DNA of 38,623 bases from a virus (Duplodnaviria > Caudoviricetes): positions 1-38,623 of the IMG/VR virus record IMGVR_UViG_3300036985_002742; one strand, written 5' to 3'. Under the pieces are notes generated by a model. It was not told where the DNA came from and did not search any database. It saw only the letters and a list, made by a program, of their open reading frames with translations. Each line of letters begins with the position of its first letter. Position 1 is the stretch's first letter. A program made the translations under genes and the position numbers. Of this stretch, positions 19,301 to 27,034 are shown in pieces.

Positions 19301-21300
19301 TGGCTGATCGCTACGAGTTTGATCCGATGGCGATCCTGTCAAGCCTTTATGAAATGACCGGAGAAGGCTCCGTCTCTCACACGAGACTTGAAAGCGAGCT
19401 CCGCAATCTGGCTGACAAGGCCTATATCGAGAATCCGGAAACTGGCGATCTGATCTCCAGCCAGGTTGTTTCAGATATCATTCAGGAGCTTGGATTCGAC
19501 TCCATCATTCTGAAAGATGCTGATGTACGCTTCAAGAGTATGTCGATGGATGACGGCACGGCTCACATCCACGTCTTCGATCAAAACAATACCAACATCA
19601 AATCCGCGACCGACAACTCTGGCGCGTTTGATCCTGCTGATCCACGCATCAATTACTCACGCAACGAGGACATCGTCGCGACGGTCGAGCAGCGCATCGC
19701 TCAGGACTTCGACGGCGCAGTGGCTGAATATGCCGCGCTGCCTGATTCAGCCGGTGGCCGCATCCTCAACACCGACCTGGCCCGCGAGCTCTCGCCTGAC
19801 TACCGTGCCGATCGCACGCGCTCTGCCGAAGTGCATGAGCCTGTCAGTGCGTTCGTGAAGAAGCTCTATGCCGAAAAACTCTCGCGTCCGACACCGGAAG
19901 GCTATGACAACGTCGTGCTGTTCACGGCCGGAGGCACTGGAGCAGGCAAGACGACTGGCATCAACATGCTCGGCAGCGCGGCCGACAAAGCCGAAATGAT
20001 CTACGACACCAACATGAACCGCGTCGATTCATCGAAACAGAAGATCGACCAGGCTATCGAGGCTGGCCGCGAGATCGTCGTGATCTATGTGCACCGCGAT
20101 CCGGTCGACGCCCTGGTGAACGGCGCCTTGCCTCGCGCGATGCGCATGGGCCGCACGGTGCCAGTGAAGGATCACGCTGCGACGCATGCTGGCGTGACGG
20201 AAACCATTCCAAAACTCATGGAGCTCTACGCAAACGATTCGCGTGTGAGCTTCGTTCTCGTCGACAACTCGCTGGGCAAAGGCAATGCGCAGCTCACGAG
20301 TGTTGATAAAATCAGAACAGTAGAGTATAATGGCCTACAGGAGAAATTGAATGAAGCAGCAAAAACAGAATACGAAGCCGGCAGGATCTCAGAAGCCGTC
20401 TACCGCGGCACCGTTGGCAGTGACATTGCCGGCGTCCGGCCTGACGCACGCGGAGCTGACGCAGCAACTGGGCGATCAGTTCGTGGCCAACCTCAATCGG
20501 CAAACACAGTCGAAAGCCTGACCGACGTCTTCCGCTCGCAGTTTGGCAAAGACGCCAGCCGCCTGATCGAAGTCTCACGCGTCGCCATTGTTCAATCCGT
20601 CACTGATCTGCCAGCCAGGGCCGACGCCATGCCGCATCCATCCGATGTCGGCGCGATGTACGATCCCCGCACCGGCGTGTCCTATGTCGTGGCAGACAAC
20701 ACCTCCCCTAGTCAGATCCGCGGCCGCATCCTGCATGAGATCGGCGTTCACGCCGGCATGAAGGATATGCTGGGCGATGCCCTTTACCTTGACGTGCTTG
20801 GCCATGTTGATGCTAAAATCGCATCAGGCGACGCACGCTTTATCGAAGCACGTCGTCGGGCCGAAGCGGGTGGAGGCAACATTGCCGAGGAGACATTGGC
20901 CTACCTTGTCGAGAAGGCGCCTGAAATTCCGATGGTCCGCCGCATCCTTGCAGCCGTTCGCCAGTGGCTCTATCGCACAACTGGCGGGCGCTATGTCGAT
21001 CTAAATACGAACGACCTTGTGGCCATGGCCAGTGCATCGTTGCGTCGTCAAGCATTCGATGCCAGCCGGACAATAGATGCGCGAGCTGCGAGTGTGAATG
21101 AATTTTACAATACTGTAGCGGAGTCTGATACAATCGCGACTAACGACAATCCTCTACCGGACACCATGATCCCTACAGGCGACACGATGGAACCAATAGC
21201 TCTAGCAACTGCCAAGGCTGATGCGGAAATCGCAACGTCTGAGCAGATGCAGCCTGGCTACATGTCGGCTGTCGAATGCGCATTGGTGGCGGGCGAATGA
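16345..21300 (+). CDS. Large polyvalent internal virion protein (ParB-like, ART-like, zeta-like kinase, zincin-like domains)
   Basis: 1651 aa in the ejection-protein cluster. NQYRDR...GAPV...IIAGNGR (ddrB-like ParB); TPQFKAW...YHGT...YFTSS...NIKSATDNSGAFD (ART-PolyVal); FTAGGTGAGKTT...YDT...RAMRMGRTVP (zeta-toxin-like P-loop); GAMYDP...ILHEIGVH (zincin-like). Confidence 0.82.
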   Translation: MAFFNVAPTEKVDRLTETFDKGFNTVVRTDEAKPDAFTGVLDATLGGVQSGFNRSKYNLFSDQESNRKKEIAASLVKMRPDPKTVGSVGQFMFGVAEPLSFIGTQFLQDPITSVLAPSTLAMGVAKDYEPAQTQINIADGMDAETAAKVARTQATGLAIGTIAPASLSGGLLTRVLTGGALNVAVGAGERAETGRILRANGYEEMAKQYSALDGNAALAEFVLGGFFGGAFGSRGKARLAAPESIEPSHIDAALTANQSVSATVDAAPGVPVDAKSAKAHAAAFDSTIEALAFGNKPNVESLLTEAGFLGKRPDFNAVAIIREELEKAGFDDVAAKVRELETAAKERGLHVDGADLNVVLSENPADVTVGGLKGRESAVKIGNDYVPTEFRLVEAGDVRATMDKADNQYRDRTRVASEQQIQEAARGLDPRLLGDSPVMDFGAPVMTADGKIIAGNGRAAFIERAYDTNAAESYRSYLKENAAALGLNASEIDGMARPVLVRVLQRDVDVNKAAILSNEGGAMGMSALEQAKVDGERLGDFRAFEFGEDGAVGNVGNMPFIRSWVEQFPTNQRSRLMDSDGMLSAEGSRRLQNAIMYRAYGDSDTLSRLIEATDPGSRNIVTALSRTAARVADAKEAIMRGDLYPHDLSEDLLMAVEKYDSIRKSGMAINTWVNQIDGFGDGLTGEARALVVFLDKNIRSARTIADEIDAYYQRLEALGDPKQGSMFEAATPTKQDVFQPMLDADAVAYSRMDQTETPQFKAWAGTDKPVIEYDDINNFEFNGEGPFVLRAYHGTTNSFDAFDASVKGNMEGQYGAVNYFTSSEYDASENYAGMGPDLTSRIESKGEQLSYKLRDEFDELGGDENQAAAMQALKEKYGEDVYSENLVTMAKNMVAKDLDGGNEKVLEVFIKTERPFVVGGEKSPWLEFFDEGVIETQAIERVADNNGIDVDEVRAQFSDYEDEISDARYEILDDQANPLIEAVQTVADRYEFDPMAILSSLYEMTGEGSVSHTRLESELRNLADKAYIENPETGDLISSQVVSDIIQELGFDSIILKDADVRFKSMSMDDGTAHIHVFDQNNTNIKSATDNSGAFDPADPRINYSRNEDIVATVEQRIAQDFDGAVAEYAALPDSAGGRILNTDLARELSPDYRADRTRSAEVHEPVSAFVKKLYAEKLSRPTPEGYDNVVLFTAGGTGAGKTTGINMLGSAADKAEMIYDTNMNRVDSSKQKIDQAIEAGREIVVIYVHRDPVDALVNGALPRAMRMGRTVPVKDHAATHAGVTETIPKLMELYANDSRVSFVLVDNSLGKGNAQLTSVDKIRTVEYNGLQEKLNEAAKTEYEAGRISEAVYRGTVGSDIAGVRPDARGADAATGRSVRGQPQSANTVESLTDVFRSQFGKDASRLIEVSRVAIVQSVTDLPARADAMPHPSDVGAMYDPRTGVSYVVADNTSPSQIRGRILHEIGVHAGMKDMLGDALYLDVLGHVDAKIASGDARFIEARRRAEAGGGNIAEETLAYLVEKAPEIPMVRRILAAVRQWLYRTTGGRYVDLNTNDLVAMASASLRRQAFDASRTIDARAASVNEFYNTVAESDTIATNDNPLPDTMIPTGDTMEPIALATAKADAEIATSEQMQPGYMSAVECALVAGE
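20301..20343 (+). promoter_or_regulatory. Intragenic sigma70 promoter and RBS
   Basis: TTGATA (20303-20308)-17 bp-TATAAT (20326-20331), then AGGAG (20339-20343); overlaps the degenerate palindrome TGTTGATAAAATCAGAACA (20301-20319). Confidence 0.75.
20351..20521 (+). CDS. Nested out-of-frame 56-aa ORF (candidate antitoxin/immunity peptide)
   Basis: MKQQKQNTKPAGSQKPSTAAPLAVTLPASGLTHAELTQQLGDQFVANLNRQTQSKA in the +1 frame relative to the host gene; has its own promoter, with AGGAG 7 nt before the ATG. Function is inferred. Confidence 0.65.
   Translation: MKQQKQNTKPAGSQKPSTAAPLAVTLPASGLTHAELTQQLGDQFVANLNRQTQSKA
21219..21237. promoter_or_regulatory. 19-bp operator-like palindrome inside the 3' end of the polyvalent gene
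   Basis: TGATGCGGAAATCGCAACG; lies downstream of a TGnTACAAT extended -10 (21126-21134). Confidence 0.55.
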
Positions 21301-23804
21301 AGGCGCGCTGCGTCCAGGCTGTCTCGAACGCCATCGGCCGTCCTCTGACGGTCGCCGAATCCCGCAACATGGAAACCCGCATCAAGGATGCGATGAAGCG
21401 CGAGGCCTCGCGTGATCCGCAGGCCTGGGCTGCCTTGTCCGTGGGCGATCGCATGCGTGCTGGTGCGGCTGCTGCCGCCAAGGAATTGGTGCAGGAAGCG
21501 ACACTGAAACGGGTGCGCATCGCCAAGCAGATCGAAGCGTGGGATCGCGCTGACGCCTACCTCAACGACCAGGTCGCAAAAGGCCTGGACGACACCAAGC
21601 TCGACGCTCTCGAGCGCATGCTCGCTGCCAAGAACGACGGCAAGGGCAACATCACATCCATCGAATCCAACGCCAACGGCATTGAAGCCGTGTCCATGGG
21701 GAAACTCGTCGACGCATGGGAAGCCATTGCGCCGCAGTTCATGGGCACGCTGGCTCGTCGTGAAATGGAAGACGCCTTCATCCGTGAAGTGCATGGCAAG
21801 GCGTCCGGCATTCCTGAAATCGCCAAGGCAGTGAAGGCCTGGCGCGAGACGACCGAAAGCCTGCGCCTGCGTTTCAATGACGCCGGCGGCGACGTGGGCA
21901 AGCTCGACAACTGGGGTATGCCTCATTCGTGGAGCCAGGACATCGCCAACCAGGTCGGCAAAGACAAGTGGGTGAGCGACATGCTCCCGCTGCTGGACCG
22001 AAATCGCTACATCAAGGAGAGCGGCACGCTGATGGACGACGCCGAGCTCACCGAATTCCTCGGCAAGGCCTGGCTGTCAGTGGCCTCCAACGGCGCCAAC
22101 AAGCAGAAGAACGCATCCTTTGGCTCCGGCGTGAAGGCCAACCGTAATTCAGCCGAGCGTCAGATTCACTTCCGCGACGGCGATGCTGCCTTGCAGGCCT
22201 TCCGCGTCTACTCCGATCGCAACGTGTTCCAGGTTCTGTCCGGCCACGTCAAACGCATGTCCTCGGACATTGCCCTGATCGAGCAGTTTGGCCCGAATGC
22301 CGACCACGCCTTTGAAGCGCTGGTCGATGCAGCCTATCGCGAGGCTGCGGTTGGCAGTCCTGATCTGGAGAACAAGTTTTCTGGCCAGGTCGAGCACGTC
22401 ACCAACCTCTACAATTATGTAGCCGGCAACAATCCTCCGCCCTACTCCCGCTTCTGGGCGCAGTTTATGGGCGATATCCGCTCAGTGCTGTCTGCTGCCA
22501 AGCTGGGTTCGGCTCCGATCTCAGCGATCGCTGACAATGGCACGCTGTATCTGACGGCCAAGGTCAACGGCATCCCCGCGATCAAGGTGTTTCTCAATCA
22601 GGTTCGGGGATTCAACCTCGCGAACCAGACTGAGAAGGACTTGGCTCGCCGCGCCGGCCTGATGGTCCGCTCGATGACCGATGATGTGAACCGGTTCAGC
22701 TCCGACACGATGGGGCCGCGCTGGTCGCACAAGCTCAGCACGTTTTTCATGAAGGCCTCTGGCCAGTCTGCTCTCGATCAGGTGCAGCGCCGTGCGTTCT
22801 CGATCTCCATGATGGACACGATCGGCTCGCTGACGCGCAAATACTCAGACATCGGCATGCTCGATCCAGACGATGCGCGCTTTCTCGTCTCCAAGGGGAT
22901 CACTCCGCAGGAATGGGAAATCTGGACCAAGGCGCAGCCCGAAGGCTGGGGCAACAATCATACCGTCCTGACACCGGAAGCGATCTATCGCGTGCCAGGC
23001 CTGTCGGATCTCGACAAGGAGCGTGCGGCCACCAAGCTGCTCGCCGTCACGCTGGAAGAAGGCAACATCGCCGTGATCGAGCCTGGCGCTCGCGAGCGCG
23101 CCGACATGACATCCGGCACAAGGGCAGGCACCTTCAAGGGTGAGCTGCTGCGCTCGATCTTCCTGTTCAAGTCATTCCCGCATGCCATGTTTAAGCGTCA
23201 CATCGAACGCGGCATCAAGAGTTATGACACCTGGCAGGGCAAGGCTGGCTATCTCGCCTCCCTGCTGGCCTTGCAGACCGTGTTCGGCGCCGTGGCGCTC
23301 GAGACCAACGACGTGCTGTCTGGCCGTGATCCGCGCAACCTCAATCCGCTTGAAAAGAACGGCACCCGCAACCTGATCGCAGCGCTCCTGAAGGGCGGCG
23401 CGTTCGGTATTTACGGAGACTTCCTGTTCAGCGAGTCCGGTGCGAATGGCCAGACTCCAGTCGAAACGCTGTCTGGTCCAGTGGCCGGCACTCTTTCTGC
23501 TTTCGCAGGGTTGACTCAAGGAAATATGGTACAATTCCTGCGGGGCGATGATACGCATGCAGGCGCTGAGCTGGCCAAGTTTATCCGTGGCATTACGCCA
23601 GGATCGAATCTTTGGTACTTGAAGGCCGCAACGGATCACTTGATCTTCAACCAGATGCAGGAGTTTTTCTCCCCTGGGTATCTCGCCAGCGCACAGCAGC
23701 GAGCTCACCGGAATTCTGGGACAACCTACTGGTGGGCGCCGCGCGACCAGACAGGTGAAAACATGCGCGCACCTAAATTTGAAAACATTGCAGGGGGTAA
23801 TTGA
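21297..23804 (+). CDS. Internal virion (ejection) protein, large
   Basis: ATGA overlap; MKARCVQAV, RFNDAGGDVGKLDNWGMPHSW, FLFKSFP and GGAFGIYGDFLF motifs of epsilon15/BPP-1-like core proteins. Confidence 0.82.
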   Translation: MKARCVQAVSNAIGRPLTVAESRNMETRIKDAMKREASRDPQAWAALSVGDRMRAGAAAAAKELVQEATLKRVRIAKQIEAWDRADAYLNDQVAKGLDDTKLDALERMLAAKNDGKGNITSIESNANGIEAVSMGKLVDAWEAIAPQFMGTLARREMEDAFIREVHGKASGIPEIAKAVKAWRETTESLRLRFNDAGGDVGKLDNWGMPHSWSQDIANQVGKDKWVSDMLPLLDRNRYIKESGTLMDDAELTEFLGKAWLSVASNGANKQKNASFGSGVKANRNSAERQIHFRDGDAALQAFRVYSDRNVFQVLSGHVKRMSSDIALIEQFGPNADHAFEALVDAAYREAAVGSPDLENKFSGQVEHVTNLYNYVAGNNPPPYSRFWAQFMGDIRSVLSAAKLGSAPISAIADNGTLYLTAKVNGIPAIKVFLNQVRGFNLANQTEKDLARRAGLMVRSMTDDVNRFSSDTMGPRWSHKLSTFFMKASGQSALDQVQRRAFSISMMDTIGSLTRKYSDIGMLDPDDARFLVSKGITPQEWEIWTKAQPEGWGNNHTVLTPEAIYRVPGLSDLDKERAATKLLAVTLEEGNIAVIEPGARERADMTSGTRAGTFKGELLRSIFLFKSFPHAMFKRHIERGIKSYDTWQGKAGYLASLLALQTVFGAVALETNDVLSGRDPRNLNPLEKNGTRNLIAALLKGGAFGIYGDFLFSESGANGQTPVETLSGPVAGTLSAFAGLTQGNMVQFLRGDDTHAGAELAKFIRGITPGSNLWYLKAATDHLIFNQMQEFFSPGYLASAQQRAHRNSGTTYWWAPRDQTGENMRAPKFENIAGGN

Positions 23805-26002
23805 TGACAGTTCCATCAACCACATCGCGCGTAAACTATTCCGGCGACGGTTCTAGTGTTTCGTTTCCTATCAGCTTTTATTTTCTCGCGAACGCCGACC
23901 TCGTCGTTTTGCTTGTCAGTGCTGCTGGGGTTTCCACAACACAGGTGCTGAATACTAACTACACGTTGACGGGCGCTGGCGTCGAAGCCGGTGGCACGCT
24001 GACCATGCTGGTGGCTCCGCCGTCTGGCTCGACGCTGGTGATCTTCCGCGATCCCGCCGTCACGCAGCTTGTCGACTACGCGCCGAACGATCCCTTCCCT
24101 GCTGAAACGCATGAGCGCGCTCTGGATCGTCTCACGATGATCTCTCAGCGCTTCCTCGATCTGCTCAACCGGACGTTCCGGATCTCGGATGGATCGACGA
24201 TCAACTCCACGATCCTGGATGTCAGTGCTGCCAGTCGCGCCAACAAGGTGATGTCCTTCGACGCATCTGGCGATCTGATCGCAGCGCAGGAGCTTGGCAT
24301 CTGGCAAGGCAACTGGGCGTCAGGCACGAATTACAATACGCGCGACCTGATCAAGGACACGAGCAACAACAACATTTATATCTGTATCGCCGAGCACGTT
24401 GCCGGCGGCGCACAACCTATTTCCAGCAATGCTGATGTAGCCAAGTGGGCATTGATCGTCGATGCGGCTGCGGCGGCAACGTCTGCCAGTGCAGCGGCTG
24501 CAAGCGCCATTGCGGCGGCTGGGTCTGCTACGGATGCGGATATTTCAGCGACCGCGGCAGCAGCAAGCGAAACAGATGCTGCCGATAGCGCTGCCGATTC
24601 AGCAACGAGCGCGACGGCTGCGGCTGCAAGCGCAAGCACGGCTACAACCAAGGCCACTGAGGCCACTGGTTCAGCGTCTGATGCTGCTGGGTCTGCCACC
24701 TATGCGGCGTCCTCTGCGACCGCTGCTGCGGCCTCTGAAGCTGCCGCGGCTGCTGTCATCGCCACTGGCATGTATAGCGCCGTGCAGGACAAAACCGGCA
24801 GTTACACCGTGCTGGCCGCCGATGCAGGCGACCTGATCCGCGTTGACACAAGTGGCGGTGCGGCGACCATCACGTTGCCGGCAATCTCGAGCGTCACCGA
24901 CGGCTTCAAGATCGCGATCGTCAAATGGTCTGGCGACGCCAACGCCGTCACGGTCCAGCGCTCAGGCTCAGACCTGATCAATGGCGCGTCGACCTATCTG
25001 CTGGACGCGCAATACAAAAGCGCGACATACGTCGCAGACTTCCAGACCAATACCTGGTTTGCCGCGGGCACTGGTGGATCTGGCACGAACATTATTCTTG
25101 ACTCATTCAGCGGCAATGCCAGCACAACGGCGTTCACGCTTGCGGGCGATCCTGGTTCTGAGAACAACACTCAGGTGTTCATCAGTGGCGTCTACCAAAA
25201 TAAATCCCAGTACAGCGTAAGCGGCACCACGCTCACATTTACGGCCGCTCCTCCGACCGGCACTAGCAACATCGAAGTGGTCTGGTCGCAGCCTCTGCCG
25301 ATCGGCACGCCGAGCGATGGCACCGTGACGACCGCGAAGATCGCTGATGGCGCTTTGGCTGCGACGACCACCGGCCTGGCCAAGATGGCGGATGGCTTCC
25401 TCGCAGCTACAGCGGCAGCCCGTGCGAAGATGGCCGATGCCTTTGTCACCTATGCCAAGATCCAAAGCGTCGCCGCAGGCAAAGTGCTTGGCCGTGATAC
25501 TTCTGGCAATGGTGATGTGCAGGAATTGCCGATTTCCGTTGATGCTAGTGGGAGAGTAAAACTTCTAAATACAGTAAGTGTTGGCAATGCCACTCCGTCA
25601 ACATCAGGTGCAGGTATCACATTCCCAGCTACGCAGAGTGCTAGTACAGATGCTAATACGCTAGATGATTATGAGGAAGGAACTTGGACACCAACTAAAG
25701 GTGCTGGGATAACTGGAACTGTTGCATCATCTACTGGAAATTATGTAAAAGTTGGTAATACCGTATATATTAATGGAACATTTACTGGCTCTGGAAGCAT
25801 ATCAATGTCAACACGAGGAATAGCTGTAGCTGGTGGATTACCATTTGCTGGTTACGGACAAGGAACTGGTGTAGTTTGCAATAATGCTGGCGAAGGTGGT
25901 GCTTGTATCATTAATTTTTCAGGTGCTTTATTTTATACTGATAGTGCAGCCATAACTGGTTCTGCTTATTTTTATTTTGCTGGCTCATATATAACATCAT
26001 AA
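23804..26002 (+). CDS. Tail fibre
   Basis: T7 gp17-like N-terminus (YSGDGSSVSFPISF...HERALDRLTMISQ), Ala/Ser/Thr-rich stalk, C-terminal ANTLDDYEEGTWTP module. Confidence 0.9.
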   Translation: MTVPSTTSRVNYSGDGSSVSFPISFYFLANADLVVLLVSAAGVSTTQVLNTNYTLTGAGVEAGGTLTMLVAPPSGSTLVIFRDPAVTQLVDYAPNDPFPAETHERALDRLTMISQRFLDLLNRTFRISDGSTINSTILDVSAASRANKVMSFDASGDLIAAQELGIWQGNWASGTNYNTRDLIKDTSNNNIYICIAEHVAGGAQPISSNADVAKWALIVDAAAAATSASAAAASAIAAAGSATDADISATAAAASETDAADSAADSATSATAAAASASTATTKATEATGSASDAAGSATYAASSATAAAASEAAAAAVIATGMYSAVQDKTGSYTVLAADAGDLIRVDTSGGAATITLPAISSVTDGFKIAIVKWSGDANAVTVQRSGSDLINGASTYLLDAQYKSATYVADFQTNTWFAAGTGGSGTNIILDSFSGNASTTAFTLAGDPGSENNTQVFISGVYQNKSQYSVSGTTLTFTAAPPTGTSNIEVVWSQPLPIGTPSDGTVTTAKIADGALAATTTGLAKMADGFLAATAAARAKMADAFVTYAKIQSVAAGKVLGRDTSGNGDVQELPISVDASGRVKLLNTVSVGNATPSTSGAGITFPATQSASTDANTLDDYEEGTWTPTKGAGITGTVASSTGNYVKVGNTVYINGTFTGSGSISMSTRGIAVAGGLPFAGYGQGTGVVCNNAGEGGACIINFSGALFYTDSAAITGSAYFYFAGSYITS
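24460..24760 (+). repeat. Ala/Ser/Thr-rich low-complexity stalk repeats
   Basis: AAAAATSASAAAASA-type repeats within the tail fibre. Confidence 0.7.
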
Positions 26003-26028
26003 ATAATAAAATTTAAAAGGAACAAATT

Positions 26029-26265
26029 ATGTTTACAGAAACTAAAGTAATAGACCAAATCACAGTAACCGAGAGCGGCATAGTTTTATACCGTGAAACT
26101 ACCCGTATATTAAAAGATGGTGAGCAAGTTGCACAAACCTATCATCGTAGCTCACTAGCACCAGCATCGGACTTAACAGGTATCCCAAGCAATGTTGCTG
26201 CTATCTGCAATGTAGCATGGACACCTGAAGTCATTGCTGCTTACCAAGCGTCATTGCCAGCATAA
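26029..26265 (+). CDS. Putative tail fibre assembly/chaperone protein
   Basis: AAAGGA RBS; IDQITV...YHRSSL...ICNVAWTPEVIAAYQA pattern commonly follows DDYEEG-type fibres. Confidence 0.65.
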   Translation: MFTETKVIDQITVTESGIVLYRETTRILKDGEQVAQTYHRSSLAPASDLTGIPSNVAAICNVAWTPEVIAAYQASLPA

Positions 26266-26546
26266 TGGAAAAGCTAATAGCAAAAGTAAACGCTCTGCTA
26301 GGTAAACTATACATACCTTGTAGAGTGCCAGCAGATAAGCAGATGCACTTCATCTGCGGAATCGTCATTGCTTCGGTGGCGGTACCATTAATGGGTGTTT
26401 ATTCGGTTGCCTTGGTGGCGGTGATCGCCTTGGCTAAAGAGATCTATGACCACGCCAATAAAAGCCTGCACACGTCTGACGTTTGGGACTGGGTGGCTAC
26501 GGCACTGGGTGGGCTGGTTGGATTCTGCCTCGTCGGTTTTATGTAA
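26265..26546 (+). CDS. Small membrane protein (DKxxH, VanZ-like)
   Basis: DKQMHF...KEIYD...DVWDWVATALGG with hydrophobic segments. Confidence 0.65.
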   Translation: MEKLIAKVNALLGKLYIPCRVPADKQMHFICGIVIASVAVPLMGVYSVALVAVIALAKEIYDHANKSLHTSDVWDWVATALGGLVGFCLVGFM

Positions 26547-26570
26547 ACAACATTTTTGAAAGGATCAGAA

Positions 26571-26831
26571 TTGGATCAGTCTATCATTAACATCATCATC
26601 GGGATCGCTGGATGTCTGGGAGGCTTTGTCTTGCACGCACTCTGGGACGCGCAGAAAGACTTGCAGAAAGCTGACACCGAGCTTGCCAAGCGAGTCGGCG
26701 AGATCGAGGTGCTGGTGGCCGGCAATTACGTCACCCGTGACGACTTCAAGCAGACGATCGGCACCCTGTTCGATAAGCTCGACAGGATCTCAGACAAGAT
26801 CGACGGCAAGCAGGATCGCGTTCATCCATGA
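26571..26831 (+). CDS. Holin-associated/antiholin-like protein (1 TM + coiled coil)
   Basis: TTG start after AAGGA; N-terminal TM then a coiled coil (YVTRDDF...LFDKLDRISDKID); first gene of the lysis cassette. Confidence 0.6.
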   Translation: MDQSIINIIIGIAGCLGGFVLHALWDAQKDLQKADTELAKRVGEIEVLVAGNYVTRDDFKQTIGTLFDKLDRISDKIDGKQDRVHP

Positions 26832-27034
26832 GACTGAATGCGGACTGGCGCAGGATCGCTCGCAAGGCGTGGTCTATCCGCCTCGGGATCGCTGCTGCAT
26901 TTCTATCCGGTGGTGAGATTATCTTACCACTGTTTGTCGATTCGTTCCCCCGCAACGTGTTCGCCGTCCTGAGTTTCGTCACCGTCGTGGCTGCCGTGCT
27001 CGCACGACTCATTGCCCAGAAGGATCTGAACTGA
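26828..27034 (+). CDS. Putative holin/pinholin
   Basis: 68 aa, two hydrophobic segments, WRRIARKAWSIRL...ARLIAQ; directly before the endolysin. Confidence 0.7.
   Translation: MRLNADWRRIARKAWSIRLGIAAAFLSGGEIILPLFVDSFPRNVFAVLSFVTVVAAVLARLIAQKDLN

Noticed and set aside
21221-21415. 64-aa alternative-frame ORF at the end of the polyvalent gene
   Set aside because: No RBS, the ATG lies inside the operator palindrome, and the product looks like an off-frame read, unlike the 20351 ORF.
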